A stretch of 64,000 nucleotides of DNA from an uncultured Planctomycetota bacterium (GCA_963823665.1 CAWGMQ010000003.1:1376001-1440000); one strand, 5' to 3'. Shown: positions 53,077 through 63,946, numbered from the stretch's first letter. Made by a program: numbers and translations. The notes: generated by a model from the letters alone, not told the origin.

Positions 53077-54102
53077 TCATTTCCTTTTTTTTTGGGATGT
53101 TTTCCTTGCGGCTGCCCTTTTGGGGGCCGGCCTCCAGGTGTGGAGCGTGGTGTTTGTGGTGCGCCCGGCGCTCGGCTTAAGGTCTGTCCGCTTCGTGGGG
53201 GTGGCGCTCACCGTCTCTCCGGCCGAGTCGATCACATCACAACCGCTTGCCACCATCGCGGCGATCGTGGCCGCGTTCACGGGCGTCGCGTCCGGAGGGA
53301 CTAGCAGCAGATACACGTCGACAACATCCCCACTCTCGAAGGCCAGTTCCTTCGAAAGGGTGACTTTGAGGTCGAAGTCGCTTCGGTCGGTCTGGGAAAG
53401 CCGGCGCGCCAGGCCGGTTGAAATCCGAATGTCATCCTCGTAAGGAACGTCGTCGCTGCGGACTCGGGCGACCAGGACGAGACTACAGTTCTCGCATTTC
53501 TTCCAGTTTTCCTGAAGAGCGACGGAGGAGATCCGGACCGAAAAGGCTCGTGAGGGCGGGTCGAATCCACCGGCCCGAATGAGCGCGATGTTCTTCCGCC
53601 TGCGACCTCCTGTCTTGACGCGAGTCAAGAACCCATCGAGGGCCGAGGCTACCGAACCGATGAGAAGGCCTCGATCCTTGCGGGCATCGAACCGGCTGAT
53701 CGTGATTCCCTCAATATCTGACGGAACCCTGACCTCTTCATCGGAGCTGGGACTCTGCATGATCCCAGCGACACGCTCAGCACCCAGATGGCCGAGAAAG
53801 AGCCCGAACTCGAAGAGCACGTTGTCTCGGATGCATACAGTCTGCTTTCCGCGCAATTTGAGGCGGTCGTCGAGGCTCAGGACGAAGAGCGCGAAGTCGT
53901 AGCTATCGATTGCGTTCAGAAGCCCAGCGAGCGTGCTCTGCGACGGCTCGAATTCCGGGCTGTCCCTCCAGGTGAGCGCCATCGCATAGGGTGCGATCAA
54001 CTTCCGCGCGACCTCGGCGACCTCGATCGATTCGGCGGACGAGCCTATGAACACCTTCGGGAGCACAACCCGTGTTCTCGGTTTGAGCACGCGCTTCGCC
54101 AT
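53077..54102 (-). CDS. CAP12/Pycsar-type TIR-domain nucleotide-binding protein with unknown C-terminal domain
   Basis: KVFIGSSAE, W....F.PS.STL..L, YDFALFVLS.DD, RDNVLFEFGLFLG.LG.ERV, PSDIEGIT. Confidence 0.85.
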   Translation of the reverse strand: MAKRVLKPRTRVVLPKVFIGSSAESIEVAEVARKLIAPYAMALTWRDSPEFEPSQSTLAGLLNAIDSYDFALFVLSLDDRLKLRGKQTVCIRDNVLFEFGLFLGHLGAERVAGIMQSPSSDEEVRVPSDIEGITISRFDARKDRGLLIGSVASALDGFLTRVKTGGRRRKNIALIRAGGFDPPSRAFSVRISSVALQENWKKCENCSLVLVARVRSDDVPYEDDIRISTGLARRLSQTDRSDFDLKVTLSKELAFESGDVVDVYLLLVPPDATPVNAATIAAMVASGCDVIDSAGETVSATPTKRTDLKPSAGRTTNTTLHTWRPAPKRAAARKTSQKKRK

Positions 54103-54331
54103 GGGAATCCTCGCGGGTTGTGTCTAGAACGCGACCGTCATGGCCGCGAAGTTAGCTTCTGGATCCGAACGCGAATTCAGCAGGCCGGTGGGCTTTTCAA
54201 GCCGATCGGAGCATGACATTAGACACGGCCAGGCGATCGGATTCAATTGTAGACGACGATCTCGACTTTGACGCTGCGGTCCCCGGGCATTCGAGATCGC
54301 GATATCGCTGGTAATGCTCGGCAGATGCGAG

Positions 54332-55102
54332 TCACTGGCTGGAGAGTGCACCCAAACTCACACGGAAACCCATAAACGTCCCGAGTCGATCCGGGCTCGT
54401 GAGGAAGCGAGTTGCGCTTCGCACAAATTGCCCGGGGTGTAAAACAGTCCCGCCCCGGAACATGCGCCACGCTGGTTGTTCGGGCCCGCGCGGATCGTTA
54501 ATGGGCGATTTTGAATAATAGTCTGAGTCGAAGCCGTCCCAGCACCACTCGACGACGTTGCCGTGCATATCATGCAGACCGAACGCGTTTGGCTTCAACT
54601 CGCCGACGGGATGGATCGTTTTCTTCGCGTTCATTCGAAACCACGCGTATTCTTTCAGCAAATTCTGCTTGTCGCCGCATGAAAATCGCGTTGTCGTACC
54701 GGCCCGGCAGGCATATTCCCATTCCGCCTCCGTGGGCAGGCGATAGCCGGCGCTACTCCAGTCGGGCACTTCCACCATCTTCGGTTTGATCCGATAGAAC
54801 GCTGGCAGGCCCTCGATCGCGCTCTGCGCGTTGCAGAAGTCCACTGCATCGAACCAGGAGACGTTTTCGACGGGAAGACGATCGTTGCCCGAGTTGGAAC
54901 TCGGGTTCTTGTTCATGACCTTCTCGTATTCACCCTGGGTGACCGGGTAAATCCCCAGATAAAACGGGCGGCTGATCACGACCTTGTGCTGAGGTAGCTC
55001 ATTCATCTCGTAGCTGCCTTTAGCGGGTGAACCCATCTGGAATTCACCAGCGGGAATCAGCTTCAGCGTCATGCCGATTGAATTGACGAAGAGACTTTCC
55101 AT
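54332..55102 (-). CDS. Formylglycine-generating enzyme (SUMF1)-family protein
   Basis: NSIGM.LKLIPAGEFQMGS, PVENVSWFDA, YRLPTEAEWEYACRAG, PNAFGLHDMHGNV.EWC. Confidence 0.92.
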   Translation of the reverse strand: MESLFVNSIGMTLKLIPAGEFQMGSPAKGSYEMNELPQHKVVISRPFYLGIYPVTQGEYEKVMNKNPSSNSGNDRLPVENVSWFDAVDFCNAQSAIEGLPAFYRIKPKMVEVPDWSSAGYRLPTEAEWEYACRAGTTTRFSCGDKQNLLKEYAWFRMNAKKTIHPVGELKPNAFGLHDMHGNVVEWCWDGFDSDYYSKSPINDPRGPEQPAWRMFRGGTVLHPGQFVRSATRFLTSPDRLGTFMGFRVSLGALSSQ

Positions 55103-55116
55103 CCTTCTTTCCCCCG

Positions 55117-57183
55117 TTATTCCGACGACGCGTCTTCGGCTTTCGCTTTCCTGGGAACGTCCGGGTTGGCAAAATCCGGCAGCGGGTCGTTCCAGATAAA
55201 GTGATTGAACCAGGCGAGGTTGTGCTGGGCGACGGCCCGCACGGAGCGTGGCTTCGTGATGCCGTGGCCAAAGCCTTTGTAGACGACCATCTCGACTTTG
55301 ACGCTGCGGTCTTCCAGGCCCTGGCGCAGCTCGTAGGCGTTGGCGATTGGTACGCGGCGATCATTTTCGCCATGCTGGATGAGTGTTGGCGTCTTCGCCT
55401 TCATGATGTAGGACATGGGCGAGGTTTTTTGATAGATGGCCGGGTCGGCAATCGGGTCCTTGCCGAGATACTGGATCGTGAAAGGGGTGATGTCCGTGTT
55501 GTAATAATAAGTCGCCCAGTTAGAGATGCCGGCGCCAACGGAGATGGCCGCGAAGCGATCCGAGGAAGCGGTCAGAAACGCGGAGATATAGCCGCCCTGG
55601 CTCCAGCCCATGCAGCCGATCTTGCTCGGGTCGACGTAACCGAGTCTGATCAAGTGATCAACGCCGGAAAGGACGTCCCACGCATCGCCAACGCCCAGGT
55701 TGCGGACGTTCTTCTGACGGAACTTCTCGCCGTAGCCGGCGCTGCCGCGATAGTTCACACGCAAGACGAGCGCGCCGCGGGCAGTCCAGATATCGGCTGG
55801 GTAATAGCCGTCGACGAGCAACGCGGGGCGATCGATGCCGGTCGGACCGCCGTGGATGATGCACAGGAGTGGCCGTTTCTTCGACGGATCGAAGCTGGCA
55901 GGCTTGGTGAGCACGCCTTCGATCATGGTACCGTCCTGGCTTTTCCAGGAGATGACTTCGGATGTGCCCAGGGTGAAGGACTTGGTTTGCTCGGTCATGT
56001 CGGTCAGCTTGCGCGGCGCGAAGGTGGAAATGTCGGTAAAGAACACCTCGCTCAGCGAGGTGGGCGAGGCGGAGGAATAGGCCATTCTGCGGCCGTCGTG
56101 GGTGAGGGAAAAGTCGCCAGCCATCACGTTATCGGGGCTAGTGATGCGAGTGGTCTTGAGGGTGGCCGGATCGACTCGGAAGAGGTGGGAAGCTGTCTTC
56201 TGGAGTCCAGAGAAGTAGATTCCGTCCGGCTTCCAATCGAGCAGTGACGGCGATTCATCGAACGCGTCGGTTACGGAGCGCGGGTTGCCACCGGTCGAGG
56301 CAACCACGGCGATGCGAGCATTGCTGTGGAAGAAGTCGGGCTTGCCCAGCGCGGATCGGAAGGCGATCTGCATGCCGTCGGGCGACCAGTGTGGGTTGCT
56401 GTCGGGGCCGGGTTGCGCGACGATTTTCACCACGGCGTCGTCGCCCAGGTTCAGGACGTAGACGTCCGCGGTGCCGCGCTGGATCAGGTCAGGATTGATG
56501 CTGGCGTCGAAGGCGATCTTCGAGGCATCCGGCGACCAGGAGAAGCTGCCGACGCTATAGTCCTGGCCTTTGGTTCTTTGCTTTCCGGTCTGCGGGGACT
56601 TGAGGGCTTCCGCGATTTCGATGGTCCAGAGATGCTGGTAATCGTATTCCTTGCGTATGACCTCAAAGTCGCCGAGGTGCTCCTTGCGGTTTTTGGTGAT
56701 CTCCTTCCTTGATGGAGAGGCGGTGAAGGCGATGAGCTTACCGTCGGGCGACCAGTCGAATCTGCTCACGCCGGTCTCGACCTTGGTGAGCTGTACCGCT
56801 TCACCACCATCGGGCGGGATCGCAAAGATCTGGTCCTTGTCACCAGCGCGATTGGTGGTGAAGGCGAGCCACCGGCTGTCGGACGACCAGGTCAAGTTGG
56901 CTGCTGATTTTTCGCCTCGGGTGAGCTGGTACTTGCGTCCGCTTGCGGGATTGGCAATCCAGATTTGTTTGATAAATGCGTCTGCCTTGAAATCGGTCTG
57001 ACTCACGGTGTAAGCCACCCACTTACCATCGGGCGAGATGGCAACGCCGCCGACGGACTGGATCGAGAGCAGATCATCGATGGTGGGCACGCGGCCGTTG
57101 TCGCCGGCAGCGGCGCCTGCGGGCGAGCCGATGAGAACAAGCATGATCATCATGAATAACGTCGAGCGTCGTAGCGGGGTCAT
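55117..57183 (-). CDS. S9-family dipeptidyl/acylaminoacyl peptidase
   Basis: SPDG propeller repeats, IHGGP, NYRGSAGYG, GWSQGG, HGENDRRVP, GHG. Confidence 0.93.
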   Translation of the reverse strand: MTPLRRSTLFMMIMLVLIGSPAGAAAGDNGRVPTIDDLLSIQSVGGVAISPDGKWVAYTVSQTDFKADAFIKQIWIANPASGRKYQLTRGEKSAANLTWSSDSRWLAFTTNRAGDKDQIFAIPPDGGEAVQLTKVETGVSRFDWSPDGKLIAFTASPSRKEITKNRKEHLGDFEVIRKEYDYQHLWTIEIAEALKSPQTGKQRTKGQDYSVGSFSWSPDASKIAFDASINPDLIQRGTADVYVLNLGDDAVVKIVAQPGPDSNPHWSPDGMQIAFRSALGKPDFFHSNARIAVVASTGGNPRSVTDAFDESPSLLDWKPDGIYFSGLQKTASHLFRVDPATLKTTRITSPDNVMAGDFSLTHDGRRMAYSSASPTSLSEVFFTDISTFAPRKLTDMTEQTKSFTLGTSEVISWKSQDGTMIEGVLTKPASFDPSKKRPLLCIIHGGPTGIDRPALLVDGYYPADIWTARGALVLRVNYRGSAGYGEKFRQKNVRNLGVGDAWDVLSGVDHLIRLGYVDPSKIGCMGWSQGGYISAFLTASSDRFAAISVGAGISNWATYYYNTDITPFTIQYLGKDPIADPAIYQKTSPMSYIMKAKTPTLIQHGENDRRVPIANAYELRQGLEDRSVKVEMVVYKGFGHGITKPRSVRAVAQHNLAWFNHFIWNDPLPDFANPDVPRKAKAEDASSE

Positions 57184-57466
57184 CGGGGGAACTCGTGGAG
57201 GGAGGATAAGGGTACTCTGGCGTAGGAAATCATCGCGATTCACTGGACTCGCGGCAAGATGGTGTCAGGCAATCACGAGCTAACGCCGCGATGCGGAATC
57301 TTCATTTCAGGCTGAACCAGTGCAATTCGCAGGCAGTCGCTGCGCGGCTGAGGATTTGACGCCAGTGGGCACGCGCGCGAGGATGGCTTCTTGTACGGCA
57401 GCTTCGGGATCGGCAGCCTTCGATGGCGGTTGTATACCGCGCATAACCCATAGGGAGCGGCGATCG

Positions 57467-58227
57467 GTGTCGGGAACAAATAAGGGCGGTCGACAAGCAT
57501 TCCAGGCGCACCCCACGCCGGCGTGGATCTGGCTGGTGTTGCTCGGCGGCTTTGCTCTGATCTTCTGGCAATTCGCTCCGAAGCGCCCAGGGCCGCAACC
57601 AGCTCCGCGCCGACGTCATGGATCTGGGTACTGGTTTTCGTCGGGGTGCCGATCGTCTTCCTTCTGGCGATGGTCGCCTTGCAGTTCATCCGCAACTTCG
57701 ATCCAGGCATTCGACGCGCTGAGAAACGCGCGGCGGAAGGAGATCTCGACGGAGCTATCGCGGATCTGCGCGAGCAGATCGAGGAGAGAGGGGCGAAACA
57801 GAACCGCGTCAACGCGCTGGGGATATTCCTCATGCGTCGCGAGCGCTATGACGAGGCCGCCGCCATGTTCCGCAAGGCGGATGCGGTGGGAGAATCCAAT
57901 AACGCGGCATGCCGGGCGAATCTGGGTCTGGCCTTGCTGAAAGGGGGCAAGCCCGCCGAGGCCATTCCCGTGCTGGAGGAAGCTGCACGAATCGGTGCGC
58001 AGGCATTGGTTTTGAACAGCGTGATCAATCTCCACATGGCGCTGGCGCTGGCCGAGCTGAGAAGGTGGGGTGAAGCGGAGGAGCGATTCCGGCGCGCGGA
58101 AGATGCGGCGCGGCGGCTGCGCAAGACTCAGCTTGCCGCGCTCGAGAAAGAGATTGAGCAATGCCGGCAGAAGCTGGAGCAGCATGCTCAAGAGGAACCG
58201 AAGCCGGAGGGGCTTGGCGAACTTTAG
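57467..58227 (+). CDS. Membrane-anchored TPR protein (frameshift near 57610)
   Basis: Two N-terminal TM helices; NALGIFL, ANLGLALLKGG TPR-like helices. Confidence 0.65.
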
Positions 58228-58261
58228 GTACGGTCGCGCTGGCCACTGAGTGGGGCGACGC

Positions 58262-60709
58262 TCAATCGACCTTGATCTGCGCCCCTTCCTTTCGTGCCGC
58301 GTCGAGGAATTTCTCGCCGTCAAAAATTCCGGGCGGGAATGTCTCGGGGTCCATCGGGGTGATGACGACGCGGCGGAACGTCGTGTGGTCCGGTTGCTGG
58401 GCGGCCTCCGGTTTGCCGGCGGCGTCGAGCTTGTCGAGGTGATGCAACCGCTCCCAGGTTTTGACGTACCAGACGCCGCCGGGGAGCTGGGCCCAGTGGA
58501 GGGCCTTCGACTCCGTCCGGAACTTCAACCGGCCGCCATTCTGAATCGACGACTCAACCATTCGTGCCACGGCGTAGCCGTGCGCAGGGTCGGCATAATA
58601 CAGGTTCTGGATCTCGGGATACTCGACCTTGATTGCCACCCAGCCCTTGGGCGTGCCGGGCTCGGCTGGGACGAGCTGGAGGTCCTGGCGGTTGTCGAAC
58701 GCGAATGGCCAGATCGTTCGGAGCCAGTCCGGGGGAAAGGTCGCTGAACTATCAAAGTGGACGTGGACCCGGACGTCCCTGGGCTTGTCGGGCGCGGTGA
58801 TAAACCGCGTGAGGTCATACCCCCGCGTACCGTCTTTCAAGTGAACATTCACGGACCGCTCAACTGGGAGCCACGCTGCCAGAGCATCGGCCGGGAGGTC
58901 GGCATCGGGCCGGGTGCGCAGGGCTGGCGGGATCTCGGGGCCGGAAGCGCCCTGGTGATCGGCGAAGAACGACCGCGGCGTGGGGGTGGCGTGGATTCTC
59001 GAATCGTTGTGATCGCGGACGAAATTGGCCCATGCCTCGAGATATCCCTTGGCGGCGGCCCAGTAGGTCAGTTGCAGCCCGGCGTCCCCGTCCTCGGCGA
59101 CCCGGACGGACCGCGGAAGCCGCTCGATCACCCGCGCTGCGCCGTTCCAGGCCTCTTGAAGCGCTGGTGGGCTGGCGACTTTTTGTAGCGTTTGCTCATC
59201 GACGATCGGTGATCCGGCCGGTACACCGAGGGCGTAGATGTCGGCCGGGCCGTCATCGACGTAGGTGATGGTCGTCGTCCGGAACTCGCGTTTGTATTTC
59301 ATTTGATAGCCGAGCTGGAGGATCTCGCGCCGCTGGATCGGGCGGCGTGTCTCAACGTCGTACCACGTCTGCTCGCTGAGTCTCAACTTGCCGAGTGAGT
59401 CGAGCCGGGAGATGTCGATCCGGAGGCAGCGGCGGCCGAAGAGGTCGACGACCTGGGCATCGGACCTGAAGTTCCCTCCCTCGATCTTCCGCCCCTCCTC
59501 GGTCATCCGCGAGCGCAACTCGCGCGGGTCGAGCGGCTTGACCCCGGCGCGCTCGAGCGCGAAGTCGGCGTTTGGGCCGCCGTTGTCCTTGACACCGACG
59601 AGCTGTGACCGCCGGATGATCGGCCCGTTACCCGTATAGTTCAGCTCGCTCCCTGATGCCGGGTCGTGCACCCCGGCGTACTCATCGGACTTCCAGAGGC
59701 TGCGCCCGTCCTCGAGCCGAACCCACGACTCGGATCCGGCGTCGGACGTCAGGTGCGCCCACTTCGGGGACGCGGGCGCCTGGGCTTTCGCCGTCGCGAC
59801 CGGAGGCGGCTTCGGGGCCTCGGGCTTGCGCTCCTGTCTCCCACCGATGGCCCCGGACGCGCTCAAGATGAGGCCGGTGCCCGCGAGAACCAAGAGTACG
59901 AGCGTGGCGACCTTGAGCTTGGACACGAGCATCATTCTCAGTACCTCCCCGGTCAGAGCGAAAGCCTTGGCGAGGCCCAGTCCCGGCGTTCCGCCCGCAA
60001 GGAAGAGGGTTGCAGTTTGCGCCGTGGCACGGATCAACCGCGCCGGCACGGTGGCCGACGCTACCTCCCGATTCAGGAGCACGGCTAGGGAGCCAACGGA
60101 GAGTGAGACGCCGGGCCGGACGAGCCGCTTGGACAGCATCGCTCTCGCCCTGGACAACCGGCTCGAGACGGTCCCGACCGGGCAGCCCAGTTGACTTGCC
60201 GCCTCCTGGTGAGTCTTGCCTTCGAGCTCACAGAGGACGACGGGGATGCGGTATTTCCTGGGCAGGCGGCTCAACTCCTGATCGAGGAGCGCGAGCAGGT
60301 CGTCCCGCTGCTCATCCGCCGCCGCTTTGGGCTCGGGCATCGCCACCACTTGCTGCTCTTTCGACCACCGCCGGAAAGCCATTGCCCTGGCCCGCACGGC
60401 TGTTTTGTGCGCCACCGCGAAAAGCCAGTTGGCGACCATCTCGCGGTGGGCGATCGAGGAGGCCTTGCGGGCGAGTACGAGGAAGGTGGCCTGAAACGCG
60501 TCCTCGGCGTCGTTGGGGTCGCGCAGCGTGCGCCGGCAGACTCCCCAGACCATCGGGCCGTGACGCACAACGAGGGCCTCGAACGCCGCCTCGTCGTGGC
60601 CGGCGGCGAAGCGCCCGAGGAGCTCGCCGTCGGCGAGCCCGCTGATCGAGCCGTCCCCGAAGATCGTCCGAAGATTCCGACTGAGTTCGTTCATCCGGTT
60701 TTTTCCCAT
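58262..60709 (-). CDS. Planctomycete ECF sigma factor with TM helix and long extracytoplasmic extension
   Basis: DGELLGRF..DEAAFEALV.RHGPMVWGVCRR.L....AEDAFQATFLVLARKA; LCELEGKT..EAA..LG.PVGTVSSRLSRAR. Confidence 0.92.
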   Translation of the reverse strand: MGKNRMNELSRNLRTIFGDGSISGLADGELLGRFAAGHDEAAFEALVVRHGPMVWGVCRRTLRDPNDAEDAFQATFLVLARKASSIAHREMVANWLFAVAHKTAVRARAMAFRRWSKEQQVVAMPEPKAAADEQRDDLLALLDQELSRLPRKYRIPVVLCELEGKTHQEAASQLGCPVGTVSSRLSRARAMLSKRLVRPGVSLSVGSLAVLLNREVASATVPARLIRATAQTATLFLAGGTPGLGLAKAFALTGEVLRMMLVSKLKVATLVLLVLAGTGLILSASGAIGGRQERKPEAPKPPPVATAKAQAPASPKWAHLTSDAGSESWVRLEDGRSLWKSDEYAGVHDPASGSELNYTGNGPIIRRSQLVGVKDNGGPNADFALERAGVKPLDPRELRSRMTEEGRKIEGGNFRSDAQVVDLFGRRCLRIDISRLDSLGKLRLSEQTWYDVETRRPIQRREILQLGYQMKYKREFRTTTITYVDDGPADIYALGVPAGSPIVDEQTLQKVASPPALQEAWNGAARVIERLPRSVRVAEDGDAGLQLTYWAAAKGYLEAWANFVRDHNDSRIHATPTPRSFFADHQGASGPEIPPALRTRPDADLPADALAAWLPVERSVNVHLKDGTRGYDLTRFITAPDKPRDVRVHVHFDSSATFPPDWLRTIWPFAFDNRQDLQLVPAEPGTPKGWVAIKVEYPEIQNLYYADPAHGYAVARMVESSIQNGGRLKFRTESKALHWAQLPGGVWYVKTWERLHHLDKLDAAGKPEAAQQPDHTTFRRVVITPMDPETFPPGIFDGEKFLDAARKEGAQIKVD

Positions 60710-60943
60710 GCCACGGTGCGGCTGATCCGTGTGATTGGCCTCTGACTATGAACTACCGTGGCGGGGGCGAATTCATCCACGATTTTTGGGATCGGGCGAG
60801 ATTCCAGCTTCCGCGGACAGCCTGGGCTTTGCAATGCGGCTGCACCAGGTTCCGCGGGCTGGTTCGCTTAACCTGTCGAGAGCACGGCCTTTACGGTGCG
60901 GTGTCGGCGTCGCTCGGGGATGTCAGAGGGATGTCGAACCCAC

Positions 60944-61522
60944 CTACCGCGGAGCGTCGGACACTCGCCTTGTGCGTATTCGAATTGACCAAAGGCCGTG
61001 GTTTTGCCCCGAACTTGCGAGCCGCGAATCAATGGATGCGGGGGACGGTGACAAAACGATGGGTGGCTGGAATCCCCTGCACGTTGACGTCACCGTAAAG
61101 TGACACGTACACGTGGAAGCCCGTGCCGCGCGCTCGCGCACCCGCGCGAAGAGGGAGCGTGGCGAGCTGATCGAGATCACCGCGCCGTCGCTCTGGCGAA
61201 GCTGTGGATACAATTTGCCCCACGAGGTGACGAGGGTGGTGGGCAACACGTTGCCGCCGTTCGAGATCGCGATCACGCGGACCAGGGGATTCTGGTCGCC
61301 GGGCGTCGTGATCTCTCCGCGGGCGAAACGGAACGCGACAGGCGTGGGATCTCCGCGGCCGAGGACCGTGCCTTTCACGACCGCGAACGCAGGCCCCTCG
61401 AGTTGTGATATTCCCGACGTCGCTGCCAGAACGACGCGTTCCTCGAGACATTCCACCTCGAGCCCCCGCCGCGGTTGTGATGGACGAAACCGGCGCGCGA
61501 GCGTTCTTTGAACGAGTCTCAT
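60944..61522 (-). pseudogene. Short or frameshifted planctomycete extracellular protein
   Basis: RR.LEVECLEERVVLA motif; frame break near 61130; 3' end uncertain. Confidence 0.5.
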
Positions 61523-61898
61523 TGGGCACTCTTAGCGATAGTGGAGCGCGGCATTGACAACGTTGTCCGCATGCGGACATTCGATCTCCACGCCCGGTCG
61601 GACCAAGGCCCTGGTGGGTTGAGCGCGGACTGTTTCCATCGAAAGAAGTAGAACACGATTGTCAGACGCGCTAAAGATTTGTCGAGGTCTGAGCGCTACC
61701 TCAGGTTGAAGCACCTGACAGGTTCTTAGCTCATGGACGGTCAGACACGGCCGCGGCCATTGCCCAGGCGTTGGGCATCGGTGACAATCGAGTTGATGAC
61801 GCGCTCTCTCCTGGGTCGCGTTACTGTAGCGCCCCCGGGACGGCTGACGGGGTTTGGGCTTTCGAGATTCCCAGTCCTTTGTGGGAGTGACTCTCTGA

Positions 61899-62318
61899 AT
61901 GTGGCTGCTGCACGGAACGACGCTCGCGCGGGCGGAGAGCATTGTTCAGCAGGGCCCCGATGTCACGTTCGTTGAGCCGGCAGGGCGAGGCATCGCCGAG
62001 AACTTCTCGTTCACCGCCGAGGGCACGCCGTCTGCTGTTGGTGACTCCATGGCCTATGCCCGAGGCAAGGCGACCGCCTTCCCGAACGAACTCGGCCCGG
62101 CGGTCCTCGCGGTCGATGTACCGGATGACGTGGTGCGGATGGCGGCGCTCGAACACCTGTCCCTCTACGCGGGCTTGATCGAGTATGATAAAGGCGCGGA
62201 CGTAGGGGAACTCGTCGCACTCTGCGGCGGGGTCGTCCAGTTCGACCCGGGGCCCGCGCTCGACAGCCTACTGGCGAGGTGGGGGTCTCTCGTCAAAGAG
62301 ATCCGAGGTGTGCCGTGA
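61899..62318 (+). CDS. Hypothetical protein with ART/DUF3990-like HGT motif
   Basis: LLHGTT...AESI...G, FSF, A.YA, GPAVL, VQF. Confidence 0.55.
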   Translation: MWLLHGTTLARAESIVQQGPDVTFVEPAGRGIAENFSFTAEGTPSAVGDSMAYARGKATAFPNELGPAVLAVDVPDDVVRMAALEHLSLYAGLIEYDKGADVGELVALCGGVVQFDPGPALDSLLARWGSLVKEIRGVP

Positions 62319-62767
62319 TCATATCCCAAACGGCCGATGATCGCCTGCGACGTGCATTCGCGCCGACGCAAGGCGGCATCGTCGAGTTGACCGATCAGCT
62401 ACTTGAGGCGTGGGTCGGCAGCGACGTGGAATTCAAGCGGGTCGGGAACCGGTGCGTTTGCAACTGGACCGTCAAAGGGGAGACAAAGGAGGCGGTGGCG
62501 CCTCTGCCGCCCGCCGCCTTCCGGACAATCCTGGCTCGCATCGCCGCCCTTTGTAATGAATACAGCCCAAACGCTGTCACCCCGTACGGCGGAGAAGGAC
62601 TGCTGACCGTCAAGGGACCCCCGCCAACGGTCGTTCGTGTGGCATTCGTCAATACTCCCAACGAGCAGCGATTGGAAGTGAGACGCAACGCAGAGGGCAG
62701 CCACCGGCCGTCACTCCGTGGTGGGCCAGATGCTACGCTCAGCGCCGCGATCGAGCCGTTGCCGTGA
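62315..62767 (+). CDS. Hypothetical protein resembling an isolated GspE/PilB N2 domain
   Basis: GTGA overlap and GAGG RBS; GIVELTDQLL...ILARIAAL...PYGG....VRVAFVNTP..QRLEVR. Confidence 0.55.
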   Translation: MIISQTADDRLRRAFAPTQGGIVELTDQLLEAWVGSDVEFKRVGNRCVCNWTVKGETKEAVAPLPPAAFRTILARIAALCNEYSPNAVTPYGGEGLLTVKGPPPTVVRVAFVNTPNEQRLEVRRNAEGSHRPSLRGGPDATLSAAIEPLP

Positions 62768-62814
62768 TCTGTTGAGCCTGACTCACGCAAGCTGAGGCTA
62801 ACCGGCACGAGATC

Positions 62815-63750
62815 ATGGATCAACTCGGCCGTCGTCAGGTCGCCATTAACGCGACAAGCCGGGACCAATGGGAGGCGTTTGCCGAGCATCGGCGGTGCCT
62901 CACGGCCGCGCTCGCCCGCGACGCGACGGTGCGGCGATCGCGCCTCTGTGTCCTGGGGGCCGGCAACGCCAACGATCTGGATTTGGCGGCGTTGCTCTCC
63001 GTCCATCGTGAGGTGCACCTGGTGGACATCGACTCCGAGGCGCTCTGCAGCGGTGCGCAGCGGCAGGGAGTTGCGAATCACCCGCGATTGCGGCTGCATG
63101 GCGGCGTGGACGTCACGGCGACGCTCGGAGTCCTCTCGGACCGGACGCCGTGCTCCGAGCTGGGGCCTGCGGATCTCGAGGCGATGGCCGCATGGCCCGC
63201 GTCCCGCACCGCGGTGGTCCTGCCCGGCGGGTTCGATCGGGTGGCGTCGACCTGCGTGTTAAGCCAGATCCTTGAGACGGCCGCGTACTCGCTCGGCAAG
63301 GACCACCGCCAGCTCGCCGACGCCAGGGCTGCATTGCTGGCCGGGCACCTACGGCTGATGGCCCGCCTGGCCGCTCCCGGTGGCGAGGCCGTGCTCGTCG
63401 CCGAGGTCACCTCGTCCGAGATTCTCGCGGAGTTGCCGGGCCTGGCGAACGAGGAACTCGCCGGGCTTTTGACGGAACTGGGGCGTAAAGGCAACCATTT
63501 CCGCAGAGTGCATCCTCGGCAGTTAATCGCGGCCCTGCGCGGATCCGTCAATCGGGCCGCTCATCGCGGCCGCGGGCCCGCTCATGCCTTGGCGATGGCG
63601 GCTGCACGATCAGACATACCTCGTCGGCGCGATCGGCTTCCGACTCGCGCGGGTGATTCGGGCGGTCCTTCGATCCCAGTATCCAGCAGGATTTCCACTG
63701 CCAATGAGGCGGGGAGGCTCGCTGTTACGGGGGACGGCGAAGTTCGCTGA
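62815..63750 (+). CDS. Class I SAM-dependent methyltransferase-like protein (probable frameshift near 63550)
   Basis: CVLGAGNANDLDL, VHLVDID, FDRVASTCVLSQ, LAAPGG. Confidence 0.7.
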   Translation: MDQLGRRQVAINATSRDQWEAFAEHRRCLTAALARDATVRRSRLCVLGAGNANDLDLAALLSVHREVHLVDIDSEALCSGAQRQGVANHPRLRLHGGVDVTATLGVLSDRTPCSELGPADLEAMAAWPASRTAVVLPGGFDRVASTCVLSQILETAAYSLGKDHRQLADARAALLAGHLRLMARLAAPGGEAVLVAEVTSSEILAELPGLANEELAGLLTELGRKGNHFRRVHPRQLIAALRGSVNRAAHRGRGPAHALAMAAARSDIPRRRDRLPTRAGDSGGPSIPVSSRISTANEAGRLAVTGDGEVR

Positions 63751-63946
63751 TTGACAGGCCGACTTTGGCCAGTCAACATCGATGCGTTTTCGTGAGAGGA
63801 TCACAACGCTACAACGATCTGCGCGACCAAATCCGCCCCGAGATGTTGATTCATGGTAGGCTGTATTTTGACCGGCCGATCCCGGCTCCCGAATGATCGG
63901 CGGGACTTTGTTGGATGATCTCAAGTGCGGCAAGAAGAGGAATATC

